A DNA stretch of 63,928 bases, filler included, from Dicyema japonicum (GCA_011109175.1; 8 parts of 7 records of this genome joined end to end with filler, not necessarily neighbours in it); one strand, 5' to 3'; positions 37,023 through 51,299 are shown, counted from the whole stretch's first letter. Program-made: numbers and translations. Notes: generated by a model from the sequence alone, not told the origin.

Positions 37023-37689
37023 TAAAAACGACAGCGAGAATATTAACAATGATGTACTCCCAATTATTCGCGATAAGGAAATTCAATTCATCCTAACATT
37101 TTCTCTTTAAAAATAAATGCATGAATCAAAATTAAAGCTATTATCATATTTGACCTTGACAGAGTGTGCAATTAAGATGCAATTAAGAGATTGCACGACC
37201 TTGAATACAACCACATTAGCACAATTATTAACACAATTGACCACCAATTGACAGCGCAATTAGAAGAATTTGCGTAGAAATATTAACCATTTATCCAAGT
37301 TTTTCGTAAAGAGTGAATTCATTTTCTCTATGCCTCTCTTATTATTCATGTTTTCGGTATGCCTCTCTTATTATTCAATTTCCTAATCTTTTTTATTATT
37401 CAAATTTAAACTAAAATTTAACTATTGTTTCATACTATAGATAACCGAAGGAATGAAAACGAAGCTGAAGAAAAGAAAGCTAAGCTTAAGGTAATTAATT
37501 TATACTGTTTTTTCTTAACTTGACATGCTGTTGCCTCCTTCTCCTTTGCGTGCCGCTTTTTTCGCTGCTGCTTCTCTGATTGCTGCTTAATGTAGTGATA
37601 GTTATGTATTTAATTTAAACTCCCTAAACCCGGAATTACAAAATAAATACAAAGATAGGCGTTCCAGTGGTTTTATTACGAAATCTTTC

Positions 37690-38150
37690 GCCACCTAAAT
37701 TATACAAAGGAACGAAATCAGTTATCAAAATTTGATGGCTAACGTAATAGAAGCGACGAAGCAATTTCGTTGAGGATAAGTTTTGCGATGACCTAATTTG
37801 CTCTATATCAAAGATAATAGAGAAAATTATTTATAGAAGGCTAATGTTGGTTATAGAAAGAATCACGGGCTTTCTCACCATCACTGGGTTTTCGTCCGGG
37901 TCGGTCCTGTGCGACTGAATTCGACAGTATCTATCTATTTATTTTCCGGCCAGCCATCCTGATTGTGCTGATATATAGGCTAGAACGGTGTATCCTGTCC
38001 CCTCTAAGGCAAGAATCATAAAACTACTGGAGAAAATGAGGAGATTAGCGCTCAAGTTGGCCTTTTCGTGAATCTGCGATACAAAATACCGAACTGGCAA
38101 GAAACATTTCCAATGATTGGCGACCTTGTCGAAAACTAGTTCCAAAGGTT
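37690..38150 (+). mobile_element. LINE RT remnant with internal deletion
   Basis: SISKIIEKIIYRRL..., degenerate GFRPGRSC, then IKLLEKMRRLALKL. Confidence 0.6.
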
Positions 38151-38299
38151 CCTAGACAAGAGGAGATAATAACTATGGACAAGAGGAGATAGTTTTCAAG
38201 TGATCAGTCGGTTTATTAACCTGGACAGTATCAACGACCCGGATACTATGACATACGACAATTATTATTAGCACTACACGATTTCATCGGTCATGAAAA

Positions 38300-38620
38300 A
38301 ACATGTGTAGAACAATAGGTCAGATCCCTGGCCAGCTTTCTCCATTTTGTTCTATTCGAGTCGCGTAGCGTAAAATTTCGAAATGATCTCCATCTTTAAG
38401 GCGCTTTCTAATGCTTTTGAGGTCCTCGTCAAGGACAACCGGTGATGTTGTCCCTTTGTCAATTACGATGAATTTTAAATGTCTCAGAGATCAGTATTTC
38501 CGAAGTTGGTTACCATAAAAACTCCTTTTTTGAAAACAATTCTTTTTTTTGTTACTTACATAAGGCCCGTCGATGTGTATTAGAGTTAGTTCCCTAAAGC
38601 TCACTAAAGACGAAATTATT
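38300..38620 (-). mobile_element. RTE-like LINE 3' remnant
   Basis: TSPVVLDEDLKSIRKRLK resembles TLPVALIKDL of the copy at 6913. Confidence 0.5.
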
Positions 38621-41600
38621 ATTATTATTAAAAGCACGTCCACAGACCAAAGAATNNNNNNNNNNNNNNNNNNNNNNNNNNNNNNNNNNNNNNNNNNNNT
38701 TAATTAATTAANNNNNNNNNNNNNNNNNNNNNNNNNNNNNNNNNNNNNNNNNNNNAAAAATTTTTATAAATGCAATAACTGATTTGAAAGACATTGTAAG
38801 AGGATATTAGATATAATCGTCAAGTTGCTGCACGTGTAGAAATATAACTTTGTATGTAATACGTTATGTTGGTCCTCAATTTTTATGTTCCAAATTAAAT
38901 TACAGGTCTCTAGCATTACAATTGAGTTAGATTTGCACATTGTTATTTACCCGATCAAAGGAATTCCTTTCTGCTCTTTGACAACTTTTATTAGAGGCAT
39001 CATAGAATCCATTTGACCAATGATACACCCAGTGGATTCATCTCCTCCTACTCTATTGAAGGGGTTCTCGGCTATTGGAAAAGATGCCTGAAAAGATACG
39101 CCCTATCCTACCGGGTAAATAAAACTTGTATCAGGTAAATCCAAATTTTTTTTAAAGAATCTCTGTGACTCAACCACAACTAAGAAAACAACAGAAAAAT
39201 AACAAATATTCTATATTCATTCAAAACAAAAAATCAACAGGTTAAAGCAAAAAATCTAAATTTTTCGATTCATTATTCATTCCATTAATCGAAAAAATAT
39301 GCGCCGCCGAAAACATTGAATCGAAGCTTCCCCCGCATATACTTATCGCACAAATGACAAATACATGCAGTATATCCATACCCCACCACTTTGTACTAAT
39401 AATCACACTCATCCAATAACCACCAAAACAACCGCAAAACACAACTTCCTTTCAACCCGATCTTAAGTACTTCATTTCCAGCAATTCGGATAATCGTTTT
39501 CTCATTTTCATTATCAATTTGATAATCAAACAAACCGATCATTTGAATTACTTAAGGAAATTCTTTTCGTGCATCAATTTCTCCTTCAAATCATCAACTA
39601 CGACTACTCATAACCATAAATACCTGTTAATTCCATCAATGTGGTAGTATCATCTGATAATTCAAGGGACTCAACCTCCACATCAGAACAACATTCATCA
39701 AGTTCACCCGCCAGGATTGAATTCCATTTTTTCAAAACATCAAAATTATTGCTAGTTTCGTTCTTGGTCACCTTTCTTCCGCCAACATCGCAATTTCCCG
39801 AAATATGATTCCGACTTGGCAAAAAGACCTAGACCATACGACCAAACATTAACATTCCCCCTCTAATAATCAAAGAGACTCCAAATAACTTCAATCAGAG
39901 ACATTGTAGCTATCAGGTCTAGAAATTCCTCGTTTTTGAACGAATTTGTATCCTCCAATTTGTCCGAAGTGGCTCGTAAACTGTCTCTCTGTTATTTCAG
40001 TAGTTCATTCTGAAAATTCTGGTTATTTCATCGTTCGAGTTTAGAAATTCTTCTAACATTTTGGCAAAATCTTGCCTGGTCGTGAAGACGGAAACAATAC
40101 TTTTCGGTCTTATTTGAACGAGATTGAATCTTCGAGTTGATTTACTGAAAATGTGTTGAATTCTTTTCTCTGATCGTGTTGCTAATAATTCCTTCCAACA
40201 CGTGAGTTTGAATATTTTTTCTTATTTGGTTCAACGATGAGTTATGTCGCTTTAGAGATTGGTTAGTTTGCGTCATGTCATGGTTTTCCGGTATATTTTG
40301 CTGTTAAGAACAGGACTCCCTTTCTAGTTTTTTATATTTGCTCTTAAAATATCTTTATCCTCAAATTCCCCATTTTAGTGTGATTTTCTTAAGTTCTCCA
40401 GACTTTTTTCTTAGGAATCTACCGACGGTAATGTTGCTCTAAAATAAAAGGACTAAGGCACCAAAATATCGGAGATTCCGTTCTTCCTGCGCCAGTCTCC
40501 TCAGAAGAACCGCGGAAAAAGGTCGATGGACGGAGTCTCGTTTTTTACCTCAAAATTTGCTGCATGGTCTCGTTGTGTGAGTTTAGAATTCCGAATACTC
40601 CGCGAGATAGAGTTCGTAGAGGTTGTGAAGTTTTCTGACCTATAATGAGATCAACGGAATTGCCACGTAGGAGGGTTTTTCTTACGTTTTCTACTACGTT
40701 GGATTGGTTTTCCATTTTCTTCGTTTTTGTAGTCTTCATCGTTTCAGAGAATTCTCTCACATCAGACATTTAAGATATTAATTATTTATTTATTATATTG
40801 TTTTTATTTAATTTTATTACGTTTGTAAGATAGAAATTTCTTTGAAAAAATAATTCGTCCGACACAATTCGTTTCCACCCATACATAAGGCTTTTGAAGA
40901 CTACAAAATACTGAGGCGCCAACTTCCAGCGATTTGAGTTTTAGAATCGCTACTCCTGAGGGCTGCAGAGTGACTTTCATGTTTAATGTGTGAACACAGT
41001 TTATCTCTGAATGGAAGAGAAGTTTGAGATCTCTGCTCTTGTGCAAATGTGCATAATAATATGAGAAATATGAATAAAGTGAAAAAATATTGGACAACCA
41101 ATTGCAATAATTATTTCAGTTTCGGCAAAACCATTTGTTGATTTAGTTTTTTTATTTTTTTGAACAAAATAATTTTTTNCATAAGGCCTTTGAAGACTAC
41201 AAAATACTGAGGCGCCAACTTCCAGCGATTTGAGTTTTAGAATCGCTACTCCTGAGGGCTGCAGAGTGACTTTCATGTTTAATGTGTGAACACAGTTTAT
41301 CTCTGAATGGAAGAGAAGTTTGAGATCTCTTTGCTCTTGTGCAAATGTGCATAATAATATGAGAAATATGAATAAAGTGAAAAAATATTGGACAACCAAT
41401 TGCAATAATTATTTCAGTTTCGGCAAAACCATTTGTTGATTTATTTTTTTTATTTTTTTTGAACAAAATAATTTTTTTAACATTTAAACAAATGTCAGTT
41501 GAGGAAGCCTGGCAATTTTCTATCGAGCACTGCTGAAGATTCGAAAAGGAAGAATTACCGCGGCATTGCGTACCGGTTCGTTTTCCAGCCGATCTGCGTT

Positions 41601-42199
41601 GAGATGTCTGTCGTTATTATCCGAGCACGTCTGAAATTATGATGTTAATTGGGAAGCTTCAGGACTGGGCCTAGAATAACACGATTTCTCTTCCAGAACA
41701 TTGGTTGTGATAACTTTTATTATGTGCTTAATCTTTGCAGGCCAGTATTGAGACGTCGTCACAACAATTAACTTTGTTTATTATTAATTAATTATGGTAT
41801 TTACCATTAAAATGAAAACTTTTCCAGATCAACATTTTTATTTATTAGAAATTCAAAAATTTTAATTTTTTTGTTTAGATACGTCGTCACAACAACTAAC
41901 TTTGTTTATTATTAATTAATTATGGTATTTACCATTAAAATGAAAACTTTTCCAGATCAACATTTTTATTTATTAGAAATTCAAAAATTTTAATTTTTTT
42001 GTTTAAGTAGCTTTTATTTATTAAGTTACCAAAATGAGTCAAGTAATCCTAGGTATCAAGTAATTAAGTAATCCTAGCTCTTAAAATTTTTTCCTGTATT
42101 TCTTCAATGAAATCGCCATTTTATAAAAATCTATTCACATATAGTATACACAGAATCCACCACGTTCCTCTTTCATCAAAAATTTAGAGAGGCGTTGGT

Positions 42200-42800
42200 T
42201 TCTCCCCAATTTAGCACGAAGCCGTTGTTTTAGCTGCTTTAACGATGATTGGTAGGGTAAATAAATCTCAAAGATCTGGGAAGAATTGTTCCGTGAGTCT
42301 AAATCTCGCACAACGATTCAAAAAGAGAATTAAAAATGTTACATTAATGATTCAACCTTATCTCTACCCTGAAATAAAAGTGATGGAAGGTACCCTTAGA
42401 CATATCTTCCTGAATGACGAAATCAAGCGTGGTCATAAGACTTCCAAATTCTCTTTAATTATTAACCCCTTTGCTTGAACCGTGAAAACTGAAAGAAATA
42501 AAAGAGCAATACGATCTCTGTTTTCACACGGTAAATCTTTTGTATGGGACACTACGTGCGTCGATTGCTTGTCTTCTATAGCCAATGCAGATAGCCTTGT
42601 TGCCGACTACGCCGAACAGAGATAATTTTACAAATGCTTAAGACATCTTTTCGGTTATGTCCAAATTGGCTTCAAACCACGTGGAGTTTGTAGAACAATC
42701 AGTAAGTCCGCAATCAAGAAATCAGAAAAACTATGAAGCACACCTTAAAAAGCCTTGGGAATGACGATGGTTTCGACATTTTCAGATTGTAAGAATGCAT
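42200..42800 (+). mobile_element. CRE-like non-LTR C-terminal (RLE) remnant
   Basis: RHIFLNDEIKRG...GKSFVWDTTCVDCLSS...AEQR, matching RHxxLNDxIKR and GKxLxWDxTCxD. Confidence 0.7.
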
Positions 42801-42879
42801 TGAACTCTACTTTGTTGTAAGCTAACTTTTCATTAAAGCCTCTTCGGTGTGGTTTAAAATCAATTAATAATAATAAAGA

Positions 42880-43110
42880 TTACCTCACTTATTATTGACA
42901 GACAGCTTGCAAAGAAACTCAAGAAGGCAATTGTATTTATCAGTACCAATAATGATCCATACAAGCATATTTCACTCATAAACGTCGTTACACGTAACTT
43001 TCTGGTGATATATTTGAACGGTTCTTCAAGAACCAAAAACCTACCAGGTTCAATATCTCTTGCACGGACCATGTGGCCTCCTCGACTCGTCGATGATTCA
43101 CTGCAATCAC
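42880..43110 (-). pseudogene. Possible SMYD-type SET-domain N-terminal fragment
   Basis: RGGHMVRARDIEPGRFLVLEEPF. Confidence 0.35.
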
Positions 43111-43329
43111 CAGATCATCCGATACGATAAAAGATAATTATTCCCTATAAAAGTTATGTTTATATGGGTTTAAATTTTATAAGAGATATTTAAATAAAAA
43201 TAATTATTTATAAAGGGGAGAATTTATATAATAATTATTTTAAAATTTTTCAGTTTATATGACAATAACCAATATTAAGAGCAAAACGAGCACATCCTCC
43301 ACGTGATTCGAGAACGTCAACAGAGTCAC

Positions 43330-43822
43330 GTGGAGTAGGTGCTCGCCAAGGGTCTTCGGAAATGGAACATTCTGAATGCGATGATAAAGAAGAGCCCCCG
43401 GCAGATTGCATCAGCAAGGTCTATCAACAAGTAATCATACCGACCTTTAAATATACCTACTCCGCCTGGAGGTTTGCGATTCCCCTTTCGAGAGTGGGCC
43501 GTTTGAACTCCCTCAGGCGGTGAATTATCCACCACACGGACATCCCCATTGGCAACCTCATTTCTGATGAAAAATGGCCAGGGTTTCTTACGTTTCTTCA
43601 AGGAACTGGGAAACCCATTCAAGGAAAAGATGGCCCATGCAGAGGAATTTCGGTCGGTAATTAAAAAAGTGCACGCCGATCGAATTCCTTTGCAGAAGTA
43701 AGAGAATACGCTTTCGGAGTGCGGTTGGATCAGAGTTCGGATGTTTGCTGGAAGCTGGGATCACCTAATTAGTTAGTTTCTACCTATCTTTCCTGGTGAT
43801 CTTGGGGTTAAATAAATAAATA
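43330..43822 (+). mobile_element. LINE family D 3' end
   Basis: KVYQQVIIPTFKYTYSAW; ends CACCTAATTAGT...GGTGATCTTGGGGTT with (AAAT)n. Confidence 0.7.
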
Positions 43823-44714
43823 AGAGCAAACCATTGTTTGACAATTGAATCCTCTGAAAGAACTGAGGAGTTAGATAGCTGTGAACGAAGCGAACTACCT
43901 AATAAAGAAACATCAAATTTAAAATCGTTTGGAACATGCTAAAGTATTCGAAATACGATGATTAAGGAAATCTCGTACTTTGAATTATCAAATACATCAC
44001 TGAGTGCTATATTTTTATTGGAGATATTTCAAAGCACGAATATCTCGAATATAAATGAAATTTCAAACTCGTCTACTTTAAATTGTCGCTCTTGAGAGAT
44101 GATTTTTGCCAATATCTTTATAGTCTGAAAAGAAATAATATTTTACCACCAATTTAGAATTTAAATTTACCTAAAAATTTTGTTTTAATATTTAATCTAG
44201 AATTTTGTCCTTAACCGAATAAGAATGCATATGTGAAATTAATATTTGAACGATTGTACATCTAAGTCTTATATAAGGATATTTTCCGTAAATAGCTGAC
44301 CCAGAAAAATGAGATGTGATGGTATGTTCCTCCTGTAGCAAAAAATCCACAAATCACGAACTCTGTCTATAAAAGAATTGTAATTCTTATCTCAGCTAGA
44401 TTAACCACTCAATCAAGGCACTGGTTTCCTGACTTTTATTTTTTTGTTTTATTTTTCACGTAATAAAAAATACAACCAATTGATTAAACATTGACAATAT
44501 TGATGGAAAAATTAAATCATCTTATCTGTAACACTCTCCAAATTGATTCTACCATTTATTAGATAAATCGGAATAATAATATATTTAACGGCCAACAGTG
44601 CTTAATTGTTTCTAACTTTTATTGGTTATATCTGAAAAATTATCATTTTACTAGGCGACTTACCAAATTGATTGCATCTAGAAATCGTATAGTCAGTGTT
44701 ATTTAACTCGGGAT

Positions 44715-44850
44715 GATGCAATGTCATAAGTGCCGGAAAATTCTGATTGTCATGAGTTCGAATCTCGCTGTTGAACATTCATGTTGAGGGTTCCAGCATC
44801 TACGATGTCTTGATTTAACGAATGACGCTGTCATTGGGCGAGCTATAAAA
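44715..44850 (+). mobile_element. Diverged third SINE copy
   Basis: GAGTTCGAATCTCGCT (B box), ATCTACGATG and GAATGACGCTGTCAT appear in the same order as in 7850-7940. Confidence 0.55.
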
Positions 44851-45544
44851 ATGCATGAGGAGCTACAAGCATTACAATTCTTGCGACAAGTGCTCTGATA
44901 ACAAATGGGATAAAAACAGGTGTTGTTAATTGTAATATAAAATTGACCAATTTTTGGATAATTAATGAATTATTTGCTACTTTTTTTGTTTATTTTTATT
45001 CGTCAAATTATCATTACAGGCGGTTGTACGTACATATTTTAATCATTTAAGTTCGAGCAAATAAACAACCCAGGTGACTTACATTAACATTATCAAATTG
45101 GATTGAAAGAAAGTTGATATGNAAAATTGACCAATTTTTTGATAATTAATAAATTATTTGCTACTTTTGTTGTTTATTTTTATTCGTCAAATTATCATTA
45201 CAGGCGGTTGTATGTACATATTTTAATCATTTAAGTTCGAGCAAATAAACAACCCAGGTGACTTACATTAACATTATCAAATTGGATTGAAAGAAAGTTG
45301 ATATGTCACCGGATATCCCGGTGATCAGCAAATTTATCCAGAGTCAACTAATTCTAATAATTGCGCTTTAATAAGCTTTACCCATGTATTAGCTCTATAT
45401 TTACAACAGATATCCACCGTCTTTTGACGGTCTCGCTCATTAGAGAGCATGAACTTACACTTGCATGGCTTATTCTGTAAGATAAGCATATGATCATTCG
45501 CAGGATCAGCCTGCTATCTTTTCACAGCAATTACCCACACTTAC

Positions 45545-45961
45545 ATGGGAAATACTAGGGAAAATGACGCCCGAATGACTCTCGCAATTGCGAAAAAGAT
45601 GGGCTATATGAGCTTCCGCAATTTTGCTGAGTACAGCACACGTGGAAACTTTTTTTAAAGTTACTCACCTCATATGAGGAGAGAGAACTTTAATACTAGA
45701 CTATTTGTAGAAACCTACAACCAGGTCTGGAAAATCATGGAAGAGCATGATGTTGATCAACACGGGGCTGAACCATTAGCAGAAGAATCAACGAGGACTT
45801 ACATCAAATCGGTTGTATGGAAGAGAACGCTCGAAAATATGCTCATTGAACATAAGCATGGGATAAAGGTATACGATGAAGAGTACGCCTCTACTACCTC
45901 CCAACTTTTAGAACTGGCAGCCATAAGGACAGCCCACTGTACACTAACGGAGATATTTTGA
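45545..45961 (+). CDS. Hypothetical protein, about 128 aa, one 30-nt intron
   Basis: ATG at 45545 joins ORF 45674-45961 in frame if 45631-45660 (GT..AG, containing an in-frame TAA) is spliced. No homolog recognised. Confidence 0.45.
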
Positions 45962-47999
45962 CTGAATCTGATGTAGAGATGAGGAGTAACAGGGAGGTTA
46001 TGGCACACTCTTTTTCTAAAAGAAGAGGNGATATTTTGACTGAATCTGATGTAGAGATGGGGAGTAACAGGAAGGTTATGGCACACTCTTCTTCTAAAAG
46101 AAGAGGGATTACCAACAATCTGGATCAAAATACGCTTAATTAGTTAATTTACTCGATATTATTATTATTATTATTAAATAATTTTTAATTTATTGTTAAT
46201 TTGGGCTTCTAAATTTCTCTGAATCTGATTCCCTTTAATTATCAGAGACACATGGCTATTCTCGCTATATATTTCGACGAGGACTCTATTAATTTGAAGG
46301 CATATATGCGATTTGCTAAAAATGATCTTTTCTAAATTTTAAATCTTGAAAAAAAACTGACTTTAATATTGAAGAGATAAATGTTAATTATCATAATATA
46401 TAAAAGCAATCATAGCCTGCAAGCGATCCCAATGTGATGGAAGAACGAACGTGTCATTCTAGGATCTCTCTTTTTAGTCCTGCAAGTCAGTCGATAAACT
46501 TTGCCGTTATGGAGCAAGCATATTGAAGAATACATTTTGTTTATATTGGAAGCAGATAACTGACCCCGTTGAACCGTATTAGATCGCCTATCGAAAGGAA
46601 GAAAGATATTAGAGAGAAGAATTGGCGTTTTGAGTGCATTTCCTTAACATAGTTAATTAATCAACTACTCAAAAATCCGAAAAAAATAATTTTAATATAT
46701 TTTTAAAATTAAATATTAATTTATTAATTTGTAAAATTATTATATTTTTGTCTTTAAAAATATTTATTTTGTAGTGAAATGCCTGACGATCAGTGTCATG
46801 TGAAGTTACTCCCAAAAAGAGAAAGGCAGTCGCAAAAAAACGACTGAAAATGATTTTCTAAACGTTTGCCAATTATCGAGGATGTTCTTTCACACAGCTA
46901 AGCAAAAATATAACCAAAATATTATAAATTTATTTCTTCAGTATAGGAAAAAAGACCTAAACGATCTTTTTTCTCACTGGAATTTAGAAGACGACTTCTC
47001 TTNNNNNNNNNNNNNNNNNNNNNNNNNNNNNNNNNNNNNNNNNNNNNNNNNNNNNNNNNNNNNNNNNNNNNNNNNNNNNNNNNNNNNNNNNNNNNNNNNN
47101 NNNNNNNNNNNNNNNNNNNNNNNNNNNNNNNNNNNNNNNNNNNNNNNNNNNNNNNNNNNNNNNNNNNNNNNNNNNNNNNNNNNNNNNNNNNNNNNNNNNN
47201 NNNNNNNNNNNNNNNNNNNNNNNNNNNNNNNNNNNNNNNNNNNNTTTATGTAATTTATTGATTTATTGATTAGAAAACTGACATATTCGGAGGTTCCTAA
47301 TCTGATAGATATGGAGAATTACAATGCTGGAGATATTCATTTTATTGGAGATTTAAAAGTTAAGGGGAATTTGATTTTCGAAATTGACTCAATTTCTCCA
47401 GCAAACAGATGGCTGATAATGTTGGGAATCTGGTTAATTTACTTGTAATATTTATTAGGGACCACATTCCGGTTACGTAAAAAGGCTTAACAAAGTAACT
47501 TTTATTGTAATTTTATAGTAAATACAACCGAGAGGCGCCAAAAACGTGGGATTGTATTTTTGTTAGAGTCAAAAACTACGATTCCCTGGTTAGACTCACC
47601 AAATGTATGATAATCATTTTATTTAAGGTATCAATTGCACAAGAAAGACGTAAATTGTGGAATCATCAGAAATTGGAGAGATTGAATAGTTACAATAATA
47701 TAAAACACAATCTCAAAATATTTAAGCCTTTGTACGGCAAGGATGTTATCTATTCCTTAAATGTTGGAATAAGTGGGAAATCAATTAATTATCTGCAATA
47801 AATAGATGATTTAAACACTACAGAATTTTATTTTTCGACTACCAATACTTTGTGGAATATTTTAAAACAGNCTTGGATACTTCCTTGAACATAAATGAAC
47901 GAGGCTCCTCTTCGAACTGTAAAAGAGGTAAGATGTCATTCCCTATTAAACCCGTAGAATTTTATTCCTCAATTTTTTAGATCAGCATTCCGTTCAGGG

Positions 48000-48400
48000 T
48001 TACAGGTATCGGTTCTAAGCCCAATATTCCGTTGATGATTGACTTTAGAGTATTAAGCACCTGTTTATTTTTTTATATTGCAAAGGACCCACCGTTTCCT
48101 CGGCGACCGATACTAAACCTCGAGCGATTCTCTCCCATTAGCCCTGGACATTGCCCACGTGGATGAATCATATAATAGGACTTGTTAAACAAAGGCGTTA
48201 TATAGCCTCGATTGTCTTCCGTCAATTAAGTTTTTTTAACTATGTTCAGCGCAGCTGTATTCGTCGAACGATGTCCTTAGTGTCTCCAAGTAAGATCTTG
48301 GTTTTTTTTTTTCCATGGTTCATTTTCCATCCTTCTGATGTCCACTACTTCCGTTTTGTAAATATTCATCGTAACACTTTTTAAGTTCATTAGGAGCTGC
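48000..48400 (-). mobile_element. RTE-like remnant
   Basis: EPWKKKTKILLGDTKDIVRR, RLYNAFV.QVLLYDSSTW. Confidence 0.65.
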
Positions 48401-48469
48401 TTTCAAGTGAATGAGAACTGGTTGTTTTAATAGTGGTATTTATGCAAAATTGTGGCCTTTAGATCTTTG

Positions 48470-48750
48470 AGCTAATCTAACGGAGTTGATCGTCAGCTTG
48501 TAGTCCAAGGATTCCTGACGTCTCAATGAGACAAACAAGTGATCTTCCTAAATGTTTCGATACTTCCTTCTCTTAAGACCCTCAATTTGAACAGAAGCAT
48601 GACCTGGCAAAATAATTCTATGGAAGTTGGAAGAGAAAACTGATAAGTACTGCAGCAAAACCAAAAAGTTGGGCACCTTCTTAGGGGACCTCAAAGATAG
48701 TCAATGGAAAACACTTGCAAAAACAGCTTTACAAAAGTTTACAATGTAAA
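48470..48750 (+). mobile_element. RTE-like remnant
   Basis: EVGRE...KTKKLGTFLGD...KTLAKTALQKF. Confidence 0.6.
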
Positions 48751-49499
48751 ACATATATGTTAATGATTGAATAAATAATATTTTGGAAAAAATATCCGAT
48801 TTGTAAAATCGGATTAGAATTTTAAAACGTATCAAAAAATTTCAAACTATGAGACATTTTTGTTGGAAGAAACCTAAAGTCTTATGTTTAATACTCTGTT
48901 TAAAATCACCCCAATTCGACAGGTAACACAGTGTATGTTATCAATGTAATAATTAGTATTACGATTATATTAAATATTTAAATTTTTATATAAATTCATT
49001 AAAAAAGTTTAAATATCATAAATATATGAGAAAAAAATTAATTTTTATTAAATTTAAACAAAATTGTAAAAACCAAATTTTACTAATTTATACATAAAAT
49101 ATAATAAATATAAAAGATTAAGTTATTATCAATGAAACTAATGTCAAGTTATAGCCAAATTATAGTGATTTTGATATATACAAAAATGAGTAATGAAGTC
49201 ACCGGATATAAAAAGAGCGATTACTCCGTCCCAACATGGCTAGTTCCAATAAAATCTAATGATCAGACCTTTTCTATCTTATTTCAGGGAATCATAAATT
49301 TGACATATTTTGATTCAAATCAAAACGTATTAAATATTATAAACAAAGTTTCGTGAAGTTAATCTNNNNNNNNNNNNNNNNNNNNNNNNNNNNNNNNNNN
49401 NNNNNNNNNTTAATTAATTAANNNNNNNNNNNNNNNNNNNNNNNNNNNNNNNNNNNNNNNNNNNNGCTTTGATAGTATTTTTCAATGCATCATGACATG

Positions 49500-50190
49500 C
49501 TTATTTTCATCAAAATAATTTAGCTGAAACTACTTCTACTTGGAGTTCAAACTCAATCAGATTATATATGTCTTCGTAATCTGTTTTCGTCGAATACAGA
49601 TACCCATTAAAAAGTAAACAGGGAGTTTTAAGTGTTGTCTTGTGGATGGTCGTATTGTATCTGAATATTTCCAAATGGCAGATAACTCCCGAATGTTCCT
49701 TCAGACAGACTGGTTGAATGCAAAATCCTCACAAAACTTAACCATTTTTGAGTTTTTTAAACTCTTTTTCATTATCTGTATGGAGTATGAGAGTAGGACC
49801 ATTGGTGTAAAAGATTTCTCGATAAGATTACAATTTCTTCTGAGTTTTTTTGAAGTTGCAGCTCCAACCATTGCATACTTTGAAAAAGAGTCAATAACAA
49901 TTATAATCTAAAAATAATACTTCAAATAAATATCCAAGGATATCCTGGATTTCTTTCAGAATAACGCCTTAAATCCACCAGATCAGCAAGATTTTGTATC
50001 TCCTGAGTTTTTTGATATTATTGGCGTGATTTGTAAACTTAGTCTCCAGCATCCTTTGGATTGGCAGAAAAAAACAATGTCTAATCACTTCAGAAACCTC
50101 TGCACGAGAAACGTTGTACAGAGATTTTCTTAATTGATCAAAAAGTCGATTTCGACCAATCGACTGCGGTACAGGCACACCATTGGACCG
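49500..50190 (-). mobile_element. Second Ginger/KRBA2-like integrase remnant
   Basis: IGRNRLFD...NVSRAEVSEV, ADLVDLRRYSERNPGYPWIF, IVIDSFSKYA, GPTLILHTDNEKEF. Confidence 0.7.
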
Positions 50191-50674
50191 TTGTACTTAA
50201 CTTTGTGTTGAAATTTTGCCATTTTTACGTTTCCTTTGGGTTTATCTTATATTTTGAATTCTTTTCAAATTTTAATGCTTGATCACTATAATAATGCTTG
50301 GTCACGTCATAACACATAACCACAAAGAAGTTGCTAAACCAATCAAATGAAAAGTAAAAAGTTGCTCAACTACAATCAAATCGGCTATAAATCTCCCATC
50401 CAATTTCGATGATTCCACCTATGCTATAACCATGACATCAAATGGGAATAAGCCTACTCTCTTGGTATTATACTACGATGCATATTTATAACAATCAGTC
50501 TAACACTCATATCTCAAAAAAGTAACAAAAAAATCAAATGGAAAACGTGAGATAGTCAGGAATACCTATTGAAAAAAAGACCTTCTTGTTAGTATTACGC
50601 CCAATATTTACAATTCATAGTAAAAATGATTATTTTATATAAAGTAATTTAGTTAGTGTAATTAGAATATTGGA

Positions 50675-51184
50675 TTAATTAGTCAGTCCGGGCATTCGGC
50701 CGTTCCAGAACACAGCGAAATTAACAGTGGAAGCAAATGAGACCCACAGGAGGTAGGGGATCATCAAATAAGACGCAACCTTGTTGATTGGGTAGAATAG
50801 GCCAATGCAGGCTCCAATAGAGGCAAGGAGAGCCCCAATGTCAATCATGGCAGTCCCGGTCTTCTTAGTCGAAGAATATAGGAGTCCAAATAGCATTGAG
50901 GGTCAACTGTACTCCGTAGGCAATGAGTGCATCTCTGATTGGTGGGGATGTGAAATCTCCGGAAGTCCAAATTAGATAGGATGCATATCCCATTGCTATA
51001 TGTGGGATTGATAATGTTACTTTGCGTAGAGATAAACTCCACATTGGAGCGAACAACCATCGAGGGGAGACCAGGGAGGTGCTAAATTTTTGTAGTGTTG
51101 CTCGTACACAGTTCCACTCATTCTGGCAAACGGAAATGACACAACAAAGGGGAGTCCACACCAACAAAAACCGCTCAAACTCAT
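50675..51184 (-). pseudogene. TSPO: Translocator protein (TspO/MBR), frameshifted
   Basis: YKNLAPPWSP(P)RWLFAPMW, AMGYASYLIW, YGVQLTLNAIWTPIFF(G)LRRPGL(A)MIDI, ASYLMIPYLLWVSFASTVN; 25-nt intron at 50996-51020; at least 4-5 single-base indels. Confidence 0.9.
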
Positions 51185-51299
51185 CTATGTCGATAAACAG
51201 AAGAATGTATTCAATTAAAATGGGTAGACATATAATAAGTTATATTAAGTAAATATTTTAAAAAATTAAATTATTCGTTGAATTTTTATTGAGTTGCAG

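Noticed and set aside
40804-41480. Tandem gene duplications, also at 3630-3850, 11230-11640, 13130-13330, 19590-19710, 44940-45300 and 45950-46110
   Set aside because: Each pair is joined at a single n, the signature of unmerged overlapping contig ends or haplotypes. Similar pairs without n (9250, 10242, 12500, 20370, 41755, 62920) are suspect for the same reason.
43575-43620. Third 2A motif (minus-strand NPG-like codons)
   Set aside because: It is not followed by an APE domain, and the plus strand here encodes the LINE D C-terminus.
46130-46150. TAATTAG/CTAATTA as a general gene-end signal
   Set aside because: It recurs near several ORF ends but is expected often in such AT-rich DNA, and I cannot show enrichment without counting.
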